Shown piece after piece: positions 45,931 to 54,036 of a stretch of 64,000 nt of DNA; positions within the stretch are counted from its first letter, which is position 1; each line of letters starts with the position of its first letter. A program made the translations under genes and the position numbers. The notes under the pieces are model-generated. The model did not search any database and was not told where the DNA came from. It was given only the letters and a program-made list of their open reading frames with translations. The stretch covers positions 24,278 to 88,277 of the forward strand of contig JBIIVD010000003.1 of the NCBI GenBank assembly GCA_044339635.1. The letters are read 5' to 3'. Origin of the DNA: Steroidobacteraceae bacterium. Its GTDB lineage: Bacteria; Pseudomonadota; Gammaproteobacteria; Steroidobacterales; Steroidobacteraceae.

Positions 45931-46754
45931 TGGCTCGCCCGGACCGCGACGACCTGCCGACGAAACTGCGCGTCGCGCCCGGCAAAGCCTGCCGCTTGCG
46001 CGACCCGGACGCCGCACGGGTGTTCGGTTGGGAGCGCGCGGCCGCCGAGGCTGTCACCGCCGACAACCTCCGCCGGCTCGGCGAGTTGCAATTCAAGATG
46101 TTCGCCGACGCGCGGCATTCGTTGCTCGTCGTGCTGCAGGCCATCGACGGCGGCGGCAAGGACAGCACCATCCGCCGCGTGTTCGGCGCCTTCAACCCGC
46201 AGGGCTGCAGCGTGGTCGCGTTTAAGGCCCCGTCGGCCGAGGAACTGTCGCGGGATTTCCTGTGGCGCGTCCACCGGCATGTCCCCGTGCGCGGCAGCGT
46301 GACGGTGTTCAACCGCTCGCACTACGAGGACGTGCTCGTCGCGCGCGTCGAGTCGTTGGTGCCGAAGGCCGTCTGGTCCAAGCGTTACGCCCAGATCAAC
46401 GATTTCGAGCGCCTGCTGGCCGAGTCCGGCACGCGCGTGGTGAAGGTGTTCCTGCACATCAGCCACAAGGAGCAGAAACTGCGCTTCGAGGAGCGGCTCG
46501 CCGTGCGCGAGAAGCAGTGGAAGTTCGACCCCGCCGATCTCGACAAGCGCAAGCGCTGGATCGCCTATCGGCAGGCCTTCGAGGCGGCGCTCGGCCGCTG
46601 CAGCACGCCGCATGCGCCGTGGTACGTCATCCCCGCCGACCGCAAGTGGTTCCGCGACCTCGCCGTCTCGCAGATCATCCGCCAGGAACTCGAGGCGCTG
46701 CCGCTCGAATGGCCGAAGCCGGCCTACGACCCCTCGAAGGTGAGGGTGGTCTGA
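45930..46754 (+). CDS. ppk2: Polyphosphate kinase 2 family protein (polyphosphate:nucleotide phosphotransferase)
   Basis: 274 aa from the in-frame ATG 45930, a 1-nt overlap with the aguA stop (TGATG). Walker-A-like QAIDGGGKDSTI, FLWRVH...P..G....FNRSHYEDVL, and a lid region ...W.FDP.DL..R..W..Y. Confidence 0.85.
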   Translation: MARPDRDDLPTKLRVAPGKACRLRDPDAARVFGWERAAAEAVTADNLRRLGELQFKMFADARHSLLVVLQAIDGGGKDSTIRRVFGAFNPQGCSVVAFKAPSAEELSRDFLWRVHRHVPVRGSVTVFNRSHYEDVLVARVESLVPKAVWSKRYAQINDFERLLAESGTRVVKVFLHISHKEQKLRFEERLAVREKQWKFDPADLDKRKRWIAYRQAFEAALGRCSTPHAPWYVIPADRKWFRDLAVSQIIRQELEALPLEWPKPAYDPSKVRVV

Positions 46755-46832
46755 AGACGCTGATCTTGCGATCGGGCCTTGTCACGTCGGTCATATGAGA
46801 CCGTGTCGGATCGAGTGGTGGAGGGTCGTTAG

Positions 46833-47057
46833 ATGAAATGGACGAAGATCTGGACCGGCATCAGCGTTCAGCGGCGCCTCTCGTTGGCCTTTTGGATCGT
46901 CTTGCTCGCGTTGTCGGTCCTGACGGGGCCTCGCATATTGGTTTTCGTAGCAGGCCTGTGTGTGTTGCGGGATCTGTATGCCATGTATCGTGAGGTCAGA
47001 CAACTGCGATCCGAGCGACAGCACCACGAGATGCCGCGAGATCCGCCCACGGATTGA
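46833..47057 (+). CDS. Hypothetical small membrane protein (2 predicted TM) in a low-GC islet
   Basis: 74 aa. GGAGGG SD 7 nt upstream of the ATG. Two hydrophobic stretches, then a charged tail. The stop codon lies in the loop of a 6-bp hairpin cacgga-TTGA-tccgtg. No family recognised. Confidence 0.35.
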   Translation: MKWTKIWTGISVQRRLSLAFWIVLLALSVLTGPRILVFVAGLCVLRDLYAMYREVRQLRSERQHHEMPRDPPTD

Positions 47058-47114
47058 TCCGTGACTCGCTCCCGCCCTTTTTCGCCGGCGGCCTGTCGAG
47101 GCCCGCTGGCGCCC

Positions 47115-49289
47115 TTACTCGCTCTGCCACACCACATTGACGAACACGCTGCGCCGCCGCGCAGGGAAGTAGCGCCAGTCGCCCTGCGCGAAGTCGGCGC
47201 GATCCGCGTAGAGGGTGTCGGCGAGGTTCTCGACCTCGAGCGAGGCGCGCCAGCGCGGTGAGGCCTGCCAGGCGATGCGCAGGTTGCCGACGTCGTGGCC
47301 GGGATAGCGGCGGGCGTTGGCGGCGTCGGCGAAATACGCGCCCACCTGCCGCCACTCCAGCGTCGCCTGCCACGCGGGGTGCGGGATCCAGGTCGCCGCC
47401 CAGTGGTGCAGACGCCGCGGCGCGGTGTCGATGTCGCGTCCGCGCACGATCGTCTCGCCGCCCTCGATGGCGGCGTCGAAGTCGTACTCGTGACGGGCGT
47501 AGCTGCCGTTGGCATCGAAGCGCAAGGCCGTGACGGGCTGCCACGCGAACTCGTACTCGAGGCCGGCGTGGCGGGTGCGGCCGCCCGTGACATTGAAGCC
47601 GTTGGCATCGCGCAGGATCACCTGACGCTTGCGCTGGGTGTAGGCCGAGAGCGAGACGGCGTAGCGCTCGCCGGCCAGACGCCAGCCTGCCTCGAGCGCG
47701 GACATGCGCTCCGAGTCGAGGTCCGCCACCGATTGGTTGCGCTGCAGGCGGTAGAGCTCGGTGATCTCGGGCGGACGGAAGCCGTCGCTCGCCGTCACGT
47801 ACAGCATCGAGCGCGCGCCTACGCGGTATTGCAGTTCGAGGCGCGGCGTGAAGTCCGTGAAGCGATCGCTCCGGTCGGCGGGGCGGCTGTAGAGGCAGGG
47901 GCCGGGCACGCAGGGTGTGCCGTCCTCCGCGGTGTTGCCGTCGCGCATGCGGTTGTCGTAGCGGTAGCGGGCCTCATCGAGCCGCGCGGACAACCGCCAT
48001 TGGAACGGCGACTCGCCGGTGCTCGCGAGGCTGCCGTGCAGGGCCGCGCCCGTGACCTCGACCGCATAGTCGTAATGCCGTCCCGCGGGGCGGATCGCGC
48101 GCGCAAAGGCGCTGCCCTCGAGAGTAGGGCCGTCCTGGATCTCGAGCAGGAAGGTGTCGGCGTACTCGGCATCGACGCCGAGCCGCCACTCGATCGCACG
48201 CTCGCCGAGCGGCCGCGTGCGTGCCGCGCCGATCGCGACGCTGTCCTGGCCGTTGCGCTCGAGCGGCTTGCCGAGCAGGAAGTGCTGCAGGAACTCCATA
48301 CGTGAACGCCGGACGATGCCGCGGACCTCGTCGCGGCAACCGTCGCAGGGCTCGGCCAGCCACTCGCCGGAGACGCGCACGCTGTCGGCGTCGCGGAAGG
48401 CCTCCGGGTTCGGGTTGGTCTCGCGCAGCACCGGGTCGCGGTAGGCATCGAAACCACGGATGAAGCCCGCCGTCTCTTGGTCGAGCCGTGTGGCGGCGGC
48501 GCGCAGCCGCAGTTCACCGCCGCCGAGCGCGCGCTGGTGCGCGGCGTTCGCTTTCCACTCACGCACGGGGGCGTCCGCGCGGAAGCCGTCCTCGTCGCGC
48601 CAAAGTCCATAGACCGCGGTCGAGTCGTCCGAGGCCGCGAACTGCAGCGCGAGGTGATCGTCCGCGCCGCGCGTCACACCGAGGCGCAGCCGGGGCAGGG
48701 CGCCCGGGTCGGGGGAGATCACATTGACGAGGCCGTGGACGGCATTGGCGCCGTAGGGGCCGGTGCCGGGACCGCGCAGCACCTCGATGGCGGCGGCTTG
48801 CGAGGTGTTCGCCTCGAAGAGCTGGTTCACGTTGCAGAACCCGGTGGGCCGCAGCGGCATGCCGTCTTCGAGCAGGAGGAAGGCGCCGCAGGCGCCCGCA
48901 CCGGTGAGCACGGGGGAGCGGATCGCGAGCAGGCTCTCCTGGCCGCTGCCGCGCTGCATCAGCACGCCGGGGACGCGGTTGAGGGCTTCGGCGGCGTGGG
49001 TACGGTCGATGACGCCTGTGATGCCGGGCTCGAGGCGCGACAGGCTGGCGCCGACCTGCCACAGGGCTTCGTCGCGCCGTCGGGCGGTGACGACGACCTC
49101 CGTCAACAATTCCGAGGCGGGTAGAGCCCGGGACGACGAGCCCCGCTCGGTCGTCGCGGACGTGTCGGCGGATGTGGCGCCCGCTCCGAACGCGCCGCCC
49201 GACAGCACGGCGGCACCCGACAAGACTGCGACAAGCGGGGCGGCAGGACGGATGCGGAGGCGAAGGGGCATGCGGTCATTATCGGTCAT
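47115..49289 (-). CDS. TonB-dependent outer-membrane receptor (substrate unknown)
   Basis: About 724 aa, starting at ATG 49289 or 49271. Signal peptide, plug (...NRVPGVLMQRGSGQESLLAIRSPVLTG...IEVLRGPGTGPYGANAVHGLVNVIS) and a barrel ending ...VFVNVVWQSE. Confidence 0.85.
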   Translation of the reverse strand: MTDNDRMPLRLRIRPAAPLVAVLSGAAVLSGGAFGAGATSADTSATTERGSSSRALPASELLTEVVVTARRRDEALWQVGASLSRLEPGITGVIDRTHAAEALNRVPGVLMQRGSGQESLLAIRSPVLTGAGACGAFLLLEDGMPLRPTGFCNVNQLFEANTSQAAAIEVLRGPGTGPYGANAVHGLVNVISPDPGALPRLRLGVTRGADDHLALQFAASDDSTAVYGLWRDEDGFRADAPVREWKANAAHQRALGGGELRLRAAATRLDQETAGFIRGFDAYRDPVLRETNPNPEAFRDADSVRVSGEWLAEPCDGCRDEVRGIVRRSRMEFLQHFLLGKPLERNGQDSVAIGAARTRPLGERAIEWRLGVDAEYADTFLLEIQDGPTLEGSAFARAIRPAGRHYDYAVEVTGAALHGSLASTGESPFQWRLSARLDEARYRYDNRMRDGNTAEDGTPCVPGPCLYSRPADRSDRFTDFTPRLELQYRVGARSMLYVTASDGFRPPEITELYRLQRNQSVADLDSERMSALEAGWRLAGERYAVSLSAYTQRKRQVILRDANGFNVTGGRTRHAGLEYEFAWQPVTALRFDANGSYARHEYDFDAAIEGGETIVRGRDIDTAPRRLHHWAATWIPHPAWQATLEWRQVGAYFADAANARRYPGHDVGNLRIAWQASPRWRASLEVENLADTLYADRADFAQGDWRYFPARRRSVFVNVVWQSE

Positions 49290-49309
49290 CCGGGTGGTAT
49301 CCTGCCGGC

Positions 49310-51583
49310 GTGCGACTGACCGTCCTGTTGCTGATGTTCGCCTGCGCCGGCGTCGGCCCGTTTGCGGCCGCGGATGCCGGCCCGGGCGCGTCCGGATCGC
49401 CGCGCAGCGAGGGATCCTCCGACGCGGCGCCTGCTGTCGGTCGCCCCCGCATCGGGCTCGTATTGTCGGGCGGTGGCGCCCGCGGCGCCGCGCATGTCGG
49501 CGTGCTGAAGGTGCTGGAGGCCGAGCGCATCCCCATCGATGCCATCGCGGGCACGAGCATGGGCGCGGTCGTGGGCGGACTCTTTGCCAGTGGCCTGACC
49601 GCGCGGCAGATCGAGGCACTCATGCTGTCCCCCGAGTGGCGCGAGTCCTTCCGCGAGCCGGGGCCGCGCGGGGATCTCAGTTTCCGGCGCAAGACCGAAG
49701 ACCAGAATTTCCTGGTGGATTTCCCGCTCGGACTCGAGTCCGGGGAATTCCGGTTGCCGAAGTCCCTGCTCTCCGGCCAGCGTCTCACGCAGCTCCTGCG
49801 GCGGCTGACCGATCCGGTGGCGACGGTCCGTGACTTCGACGACCTGCCGACGCGCTTTCGCGCCATGGCGACCGACCTCGAGACCGGTGATGCGGTCGAG
49901 CTGCGCTCCGGCGATCTCGTGACGGCGTTGCGGGCGAGCCTCGCCGCGCCGGCGGTGTTCGCCCCGGTGGAGGTCGACGGTCGTTTGCTGGTCGATGGTG
50001 GGCTCGCCAACAACCTCCCCGTCGATGCTGCGCGCGCGATGGGTGTCGATGTGCTGATCGTGGTCGACGTCGGGTTTCCGCTGCGCAAGCGCGAAGCTCT
50101 CGAGTCGGTCGCCACCATCTCCAACCAGATGCTCGCCATCCTGATCCGGCGCGGCAGCGATGCGCAGCTGCGCGCACTGTCGCCGCAGGACCTGTTGCTG
50201 CAGCCCGAGCTCGGCGAGGCCTCGAGCTTCGATTTCGACATCGTGCCGCGCGCCGCCCAAGCCGGCGAGGAAGCCGCGCGGGCCCGGGCAGAGCGTCTGG
50301 CCGCGCTGCGGCTGCCCGAGGCCGACTACGCGCGCTATGCCGATGCGCGTGCGGCGACCCGCAGCGGCTTGGCGTTGCCGGTCGCCGAGGTGCGTGTGGC
50401 CGCCGATTCGTCGCGTTACGAGCGGCTGATCGGCACCGCGATCGCCGACCACGGCGCTGCGCCGGCCACTGCGCCGGACCTCGATACCCTCGATGCCGCG
50501 GTGACCACCCTCTATGGCCGCGGGAACTTCGAGCGCGTCGATCACACCTCGGTCGAGCGCGACGGACGCCGCGAGGTGGAGATCTCGGCGGAGCGCAATT
50601 CCTGGGGCCCGAACTACGTCCGCTTCGGGCTCAACCTCGAGGACGATTTCAGCGGCAACTCCAACTACAACGCCGCGGCGCGGTTCGTGCTCGCGGACAT
50701 CGGGCCGTTGGCGGCGGAGTGGGTCTGGGACCTGCAGTTCGGATCGGAGCCGCGCGTGGCGACGGAGTTCTATCAGCCGTTCGGATCCAAGGCCAACTGG
50801 TTCGTCATGCCGCAAGCGCGGTTCGAGGTGCGCAACCTGCCGCTGCTCAGCGGGGGCACGCGGGTCGCCGAGTATCGGCTACGCACCACGGAGTACGGCG
50901 TGGATGTCGGGCGCGAACTCGGCAATTGGGGCGAACTGCGCGTCGGCCTGCGCGAGGTGTCGGGGCACTCTCGTCTGCGGCTCGGCGACCCGTCACTGCC
51001 GGTGCGCGATGATTTCGATGTGACCGAGCTTTTCGCACGGTTCTCCTACGACACGCTTGACGACCGCAACTTCCCGCGCGATGGCGGGTCCTTCGTCGCC
51101 GAATGGCGCGATGAGCGTACGGACACGGGACCGCTCGGCAGCGGTGATCGGGTCACGGCCGACTGGTTGGTGGCGCGCTCGTCCGGCCGCCACACCGGCG
51201 TGTTCTGGTCGTCTTTTGGCAGCCACATCGATGCGGCGCCCGGCAGCGTGCGGACCGTGTTCCCCTTGGGCGGATTCCTGAATCTCTCGGGCGTGGCGCC
51301 CGACGCGTTGTCAGGACGGCATTTCGCGATCGCGCGTGCGCTCTATTACCGGCAGATCGGACGGCCTGGGGAAGGCTTCCTGAACGTCCCGGCCTATGCC
51401 GGCGTGTCCTTCGAGGCGGGCAACGTCTGGGACGATCGCAGTTCGATCGGCTTTGACAGCGCGCTCAAGCAAGGCAGCGTGTTCTTCGGGTTCGACACAC
51501 TGCTCGGGCCGGTCTATCTCGGGACCGGTTTCGGCGAGGCCGGCGACACTGCCTTCTATCTGTTCCTCGGCCGCACGTTCTGA
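49310..51583 (+). CDS. Patatin-like phospholipase fused to a C-terminal Omp85/BamA-type beta-barrel (PlpD-like, type Vd secretion architecture)
   Basis: About 757 aa from GTG 49310, with a signal peptide VRLTVLLLMFACAGVGPFAAADA. Patatin motifs GLVLSGGGARGAAH and GTSMG, with DGG downstream. C-terminal barrel ending ...FYLFLGRTF. Confidence 0.85.
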   Translation: MRLTVLLLMFACAGVGPFAAADAGPGASGSPRSEGSSDAAPAVGRPRIGLVLSGGGARGAAHVGVLKVLEAERIPIDAIAGTSMGAVVGGLFASGLTARQIEALMLSPEWRESFREPGPRGDLSFRRKTEDQNFLVDFPLGLESGEFRLPKSLLSGQRLTQLLRRLTDPVATVRDFDDLPTRFRAMATDLETGDAVELRSGDLVTALRASLAAPAVFAPVEVDGRLLVDGGLANNLPVDAARAMGVDVLIVVDVGFPLRKREALESVATISNQMLAILIRRGSDAQLRALSPQDLLLQPELGEASSFDFDIVPRAAQAGEEAARARAERLAALRLPEADYARYADARAATRSGLALPVAEVRVAADSSRYERLIGTAIADHGAAPATAPDLDTLDAAVTTLYGRGNFERVDHTSVERDGRREVEISAERNSWGPNYVRFGLNLEDDFSGNSNYNAAARFVLADIGPLAAEWVWDLQFGSEPRVATEFYQPFGSKANWFVMPQARFEVRNLPLLSGGTRVAEYRLRTTEYGVDVGRELGNWGELRVGLREVSGHSRLRLGDPSLPVRDDFDVTELFARFSYDTLDDRNFPRDGGSFVAEWRDERTDTGPLGSGDRVTADWLVARSSGRHTGVFWSSFGSHIDAAPGSVRTVFPLGGFLNLSGVAPDALSGRHFAIARALYYRQIGRPGEGFLNVPAYAGVSFEAGNVWDDRSSIGFDSALKQGSVFFGFDTLLGPVYLGTGFGEAGDTAFYLFLGRTF

Positions 51584-51593
51584 TCGCGCGGCC

Positions 51594-51607
51594 GTCCCGA
51601 TCGGGAC
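51594..51607. terminator. Perfect 14-bp palindrome between convergent genes (possible bidirectional hairpin; no U-run)
   Basis: GTCCCGATCGGGAC, flanked by cggcc/ggccg which could extend the stem. It sits in the 34-nt gap between the stops at 51583 (+) and 51618 (-). Confidence 0.3.
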
Positions 51608-51617
51608 GAGGCCGGGC

Positions 51618-51863
51618 TCAGCGCTGGATACGTTCGAACACCAGGGCCGGACGGTCGCCGGGCCGGGAGTACTCGTGCTTGCGCGACATGTCCGCGAGCG
51701 CCGCGTCGCGGGCGGTCTCGCTGTCGAACCAGTGGACCCGGTTCCAGTCCGCGCCGAGGAGTTTCCGGAAAGGGTCCGACTCGCCGAGCGAGACGCGCAG
51801 TCCGTACGGGCGGGGCGCCTGGGTGACCTGGGCGCGCAGGTTGTGGGATTGGCAGATCGTCAT
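51618..51863 (-). CDS. Hypothetical small soluble protein (81 aa)
   Basis: The ORF has genome-typical codon usage and a non-repetitive composition (MTICQSHNLRAQV...HWFDSETARDAALADMSRKHEYSRPGD...). It is on the same strand as, and downstream of, the kinase-like gene. No family recognised. Confidence 0.5.
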   Translation of the reverse strand: MTICQSHNLRAQVTQAPRPYGLRVSLGESDPFRKLLGADWNRVHWFDSETARDAALADMSRKHEYSRPGDRPALVFERIQR

Positions 51864-51944
51864 GGGCTGCAGAGCCTACCGAGTCTGCGCGCACCCGACA
51901 ATCCGCAGTCCTCGCAGCGTGAGGCGTGTCGCGGGACTGCGCTT

Positions 51945-52601
51945 TCAGCGTTGCCGGTCTCCGGCGCCTTCGCGGTCTTGCCAGCCGAGCACGCGGCGCG
52001 TGACGAAGAGATAGACCGGCTTCACCGATGCGCGCCAGAACCGGGACAGCGGCGAGGGGCGGGCGAGGAGGGCGCGCTGACGGCTCGTCAAGCCTGCGGG
52101 TAGATAGGTCCGCTTGTGCTTGAGCAGGTGGCGCAGGTCGTCGTGGGCCAGCATGCGGAACAGCCGCCCGCGGCGTGGTGCATGGCGCGCCAGCTGGAAA
52201 TCCACCACGGCAGGCAGGCCGTCCGCAGTCACGAGCCAATTGGTCTCCTTGGCGAGGTCGTTGTGCGTCAGGTCGCGCGCATGCAGCCGGCGCAGCAAGC
52301 GCAGCGCTTCGCGGTAGTAGCGCGCATCGCCCGGTCGCGCGGTCTGCATCGGCGCGGCTTCGATCCAACTGCGATCGAGGTGTGAGCGACCGGAAGCGAG
52401 CAGTGCGGGCACGCCGGTCATCCCTGTGACGTGCGCCAATGCGCGTCGCTCGCGCGCCAGCAAGTGGCGGGCGAGGGGGCGGATCCACCCGCGCGCCGTG
52501 CTGCAGTCGCGACGCACCCGTGGCTCGCCGTCGTGGTCGACGCGGGTCACGGTGCCGAACAGGTCGCGCTTCAAAAGCTGCGACGACGCGGTGGCTGTCA
52601 T
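51945..52601 (-). CDS. Minimal protein-kinase-fold protein (RIO/Kdo/WaaP-like small kinase)
   Basis: 218 aa from ATG 52601; the rest of ORF 51945..53366 overlaps the ICMT gene out of frame. Catalytic-loop-like LTHNDLAKETNWLV and DFG-like VVDFQLA, followed by a basic C-terminal segment. Confidence 0.65.
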   Translation of the reverse strand: MTATASSQLLKRDLFGTVTRVDHDGEPRVRRDCSTARGWIRPLARHLLARERRALAHVTGMTGVPALLASGRSHLDRSWIEAAPMQTARPGDARYYREALRLLRRLHARDLTHNDLAKETNWLVTADGLPAVVDFQLARHAPRRGRLFRMLAHDDLRHLLKHKRTYLPAGLTSRQRALLARPSPLSRFWRASVKPVYLFVTRRVLGWQDREGAGDRQR

Positions 52602-52618
52602 CAGCGTAGCAGTCCTCG

Positions 52619-53221
52619 TCAAGGCAGCAGCAACGGCGCGTGGAGCAAGCCGAGGTCGCTCCACAGACGCGCTGCGATCACCAGCACGAACAACAGCAGG
52701 AACGCGCCCGCATCGACGAAAGCCTTCCACAGGATCGCGGGGCGTACCGTGACCGATGCCGGCAGGGCGTGACGCCAACGCCGCGGCCAGAAGCGCGGGG
52801 TCGAAGCGCGATAGGCCTCGAAGCGTTCGTCGAAGCGGGCGGCGAGGAACCGGTCTTCGCCCGCCGCGGCGCGCGTGAAGAGCGTCCCGAGCACTGCCAG
52901 CGTCGATATGGTGAGCACCACCGAGTGGGTCGCGAGTCCGAGACCCAACCCCCCGATCATCGACAGCGTGTAGAGCGGGTGCCGGCAGAGGGAGTAGGGG
53001 CCGACGGTGACGAGTTCGACGTCCTTGCGGCCCGCGATGAACACCGAGCACCAGATGCGTCCGAGGCAGGCGAACGACACGAGCAGCAGACCGGCCGCAT
53101 CGAGCGCGGTGTCGAAGGCCGGGTGCAAGGGCAGGGAGCGGGTGACGGCCGTGAGGCCGACGAGCGCTAGGTACCACAACAGGGTCGCCCGCAAGCGCGG
53201 GGTGCTCGCCGAGATCGTCAT
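52619..53221 (-). CDS. Isoprenylcysteine carboxyl methyltransferase (ICMT)/phospholipid methyltransferase-family membrane protein
   Basis: 200 aa, 4-5 TM. Family motif ...[24 protein letters not shown]... and C-terminal ...E.RFL...F...F..Y...TPRFWP. Confidence 0.8.
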   Translation of the reverse strand: MTISASTPRLRATLLWYLALVGLTAVTRSLPLHPAFDTALDAAGLLLVSFACLGRIWCSVFIAGRKDVELVTVGPYSLCRHPLYTLSMIGGLGLGLATHSVVLTISTLAVLGTLFTRAAAGEDRFLAARFDERFEAYRASTPRFWPRRWRHALPASVTVRPAILWKAFVDAGAFLLLFVLVIAARLWSDLGLLHAPLLLP

Positions 53222-53339
53222 GACCGTAGCAGTGTACCTGCTCGCTTCGTGCCCGGGGGCGCTTCGGTCGCGGGGCGGCTTGAAACACGGGTCGGGCGGC
53301 CCCAGACTCTTTGCGGCAACGGACTCTCGCCCGCCGCCC

Positions 53340-53368
53340 GTCCGTCCTCATCCAGTCCGTCCTCATCC
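53340..53368 (+). repeat. Tandem direct repeat (2 x 14 bp, period 15) in the msrA 5' region
   Basis: gtccgtcctcatcc (53340-53353), then a, then gtccgtcctcatcc (53355-53368). It ends 16 nt upstream of the msrA ATG, just before the SD GGGAG. Confidence 0.6.
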
Positions 53369-53384
53369 CAGGGAGTCAGGTCCG

Positions 53385-54020
53385 ATGGCGCTCTTCCGAC
53401 GCAAAGCCGAGATGGTCGATCCCGCAGAGGCCCTTCCGGGCCGCGCCACCCCGCTGCCGGTAGCCCCGACGCATGCGGTGCTCGGCACGCCGCTGCAGCC
53501 GCCGTTCCCGACGGGCACCGTCGAGGCGCAGTTCGGCATGGGCTGTTTCTGGGGCGCCGAGCGGCTGTTCTGGAAGATCTCAGGCGTGGTGTCGACTTCA
53601 GTGGGGTATGCCGGCGGCTACACCCCGAACCCCACCTACGAGGAGGTCTGCAGCGGCCGTACCGGTCATGCGGAGGTGGTGAGGGTGGTGTTCGACCCGG
53701 GTCGTGTGAGCTATGACACATTGCTGAAGGCGTTCTGGGAGCGGCACGATCCCACGCAGGGGCTGCGTCAAGGCAACGACATCGGTTCCCAGTATCGTTC
53801 GGTGATCTTCTGCACCGACGAGACGCAGCTCGCCGCTGCGCAGGCGAGCCGAGCGCGCTACCAGGAGGGCCTGGCGGCCGCACGGCTCGGCGCGATCACC
53901 ACCGAGATCTGCCCCGCGCCGCTGTTCTTCTACGCCGAGGACTACCACCAGCAGTACCTGCACAAGAACCCCGACGGGTACTGCGGACTCGGCGGCACGG
54001 GGGTCACCTGCGCCGCTTGA
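53385..54020 (+). CDS. msrA: Peptide-methionine (S)-S-oxide reductase
   Basis: 211 aa from the in-frame ATG 53385. Catalytic motif GMGCFWGAE, then [30 protein letters not shown] and YHQQYL.KNP.GYC. Confidence 0.92.
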   Translation: MALFRRKAEMVDPAEALPGRATPLPVAPTHAVLGTPLQPPFPTGTVEAQFGMGCFWGAERLFWKISGVVSTSVGYAGGYTPNPTYEEVCSGRTGHAEVVRVVFDPGRVSYDTLLKAFWERHDPTQGLRQGNDIGSQYRSVIFCTDETQLAAAQASRARYQEGLAAARLGAITTEICPAPLFFYAEDYHQQYLHKNPDGYCGLGGTGVTCAA

Positions 54021-54036
54021 TGGGGGTGGCGGCGCG

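Noticed and set aside
46791-47027. A 78-aa minus-strand ORF antisense to the small two-TM ORF in the low-GC islet.
   Set aside because: It has no SD-like sequence upstream and a polar low-complexity translation. The plus-strand ORF has the better initiation signals. Only one of the two can reasonably be coding, and even that one is uncertain.
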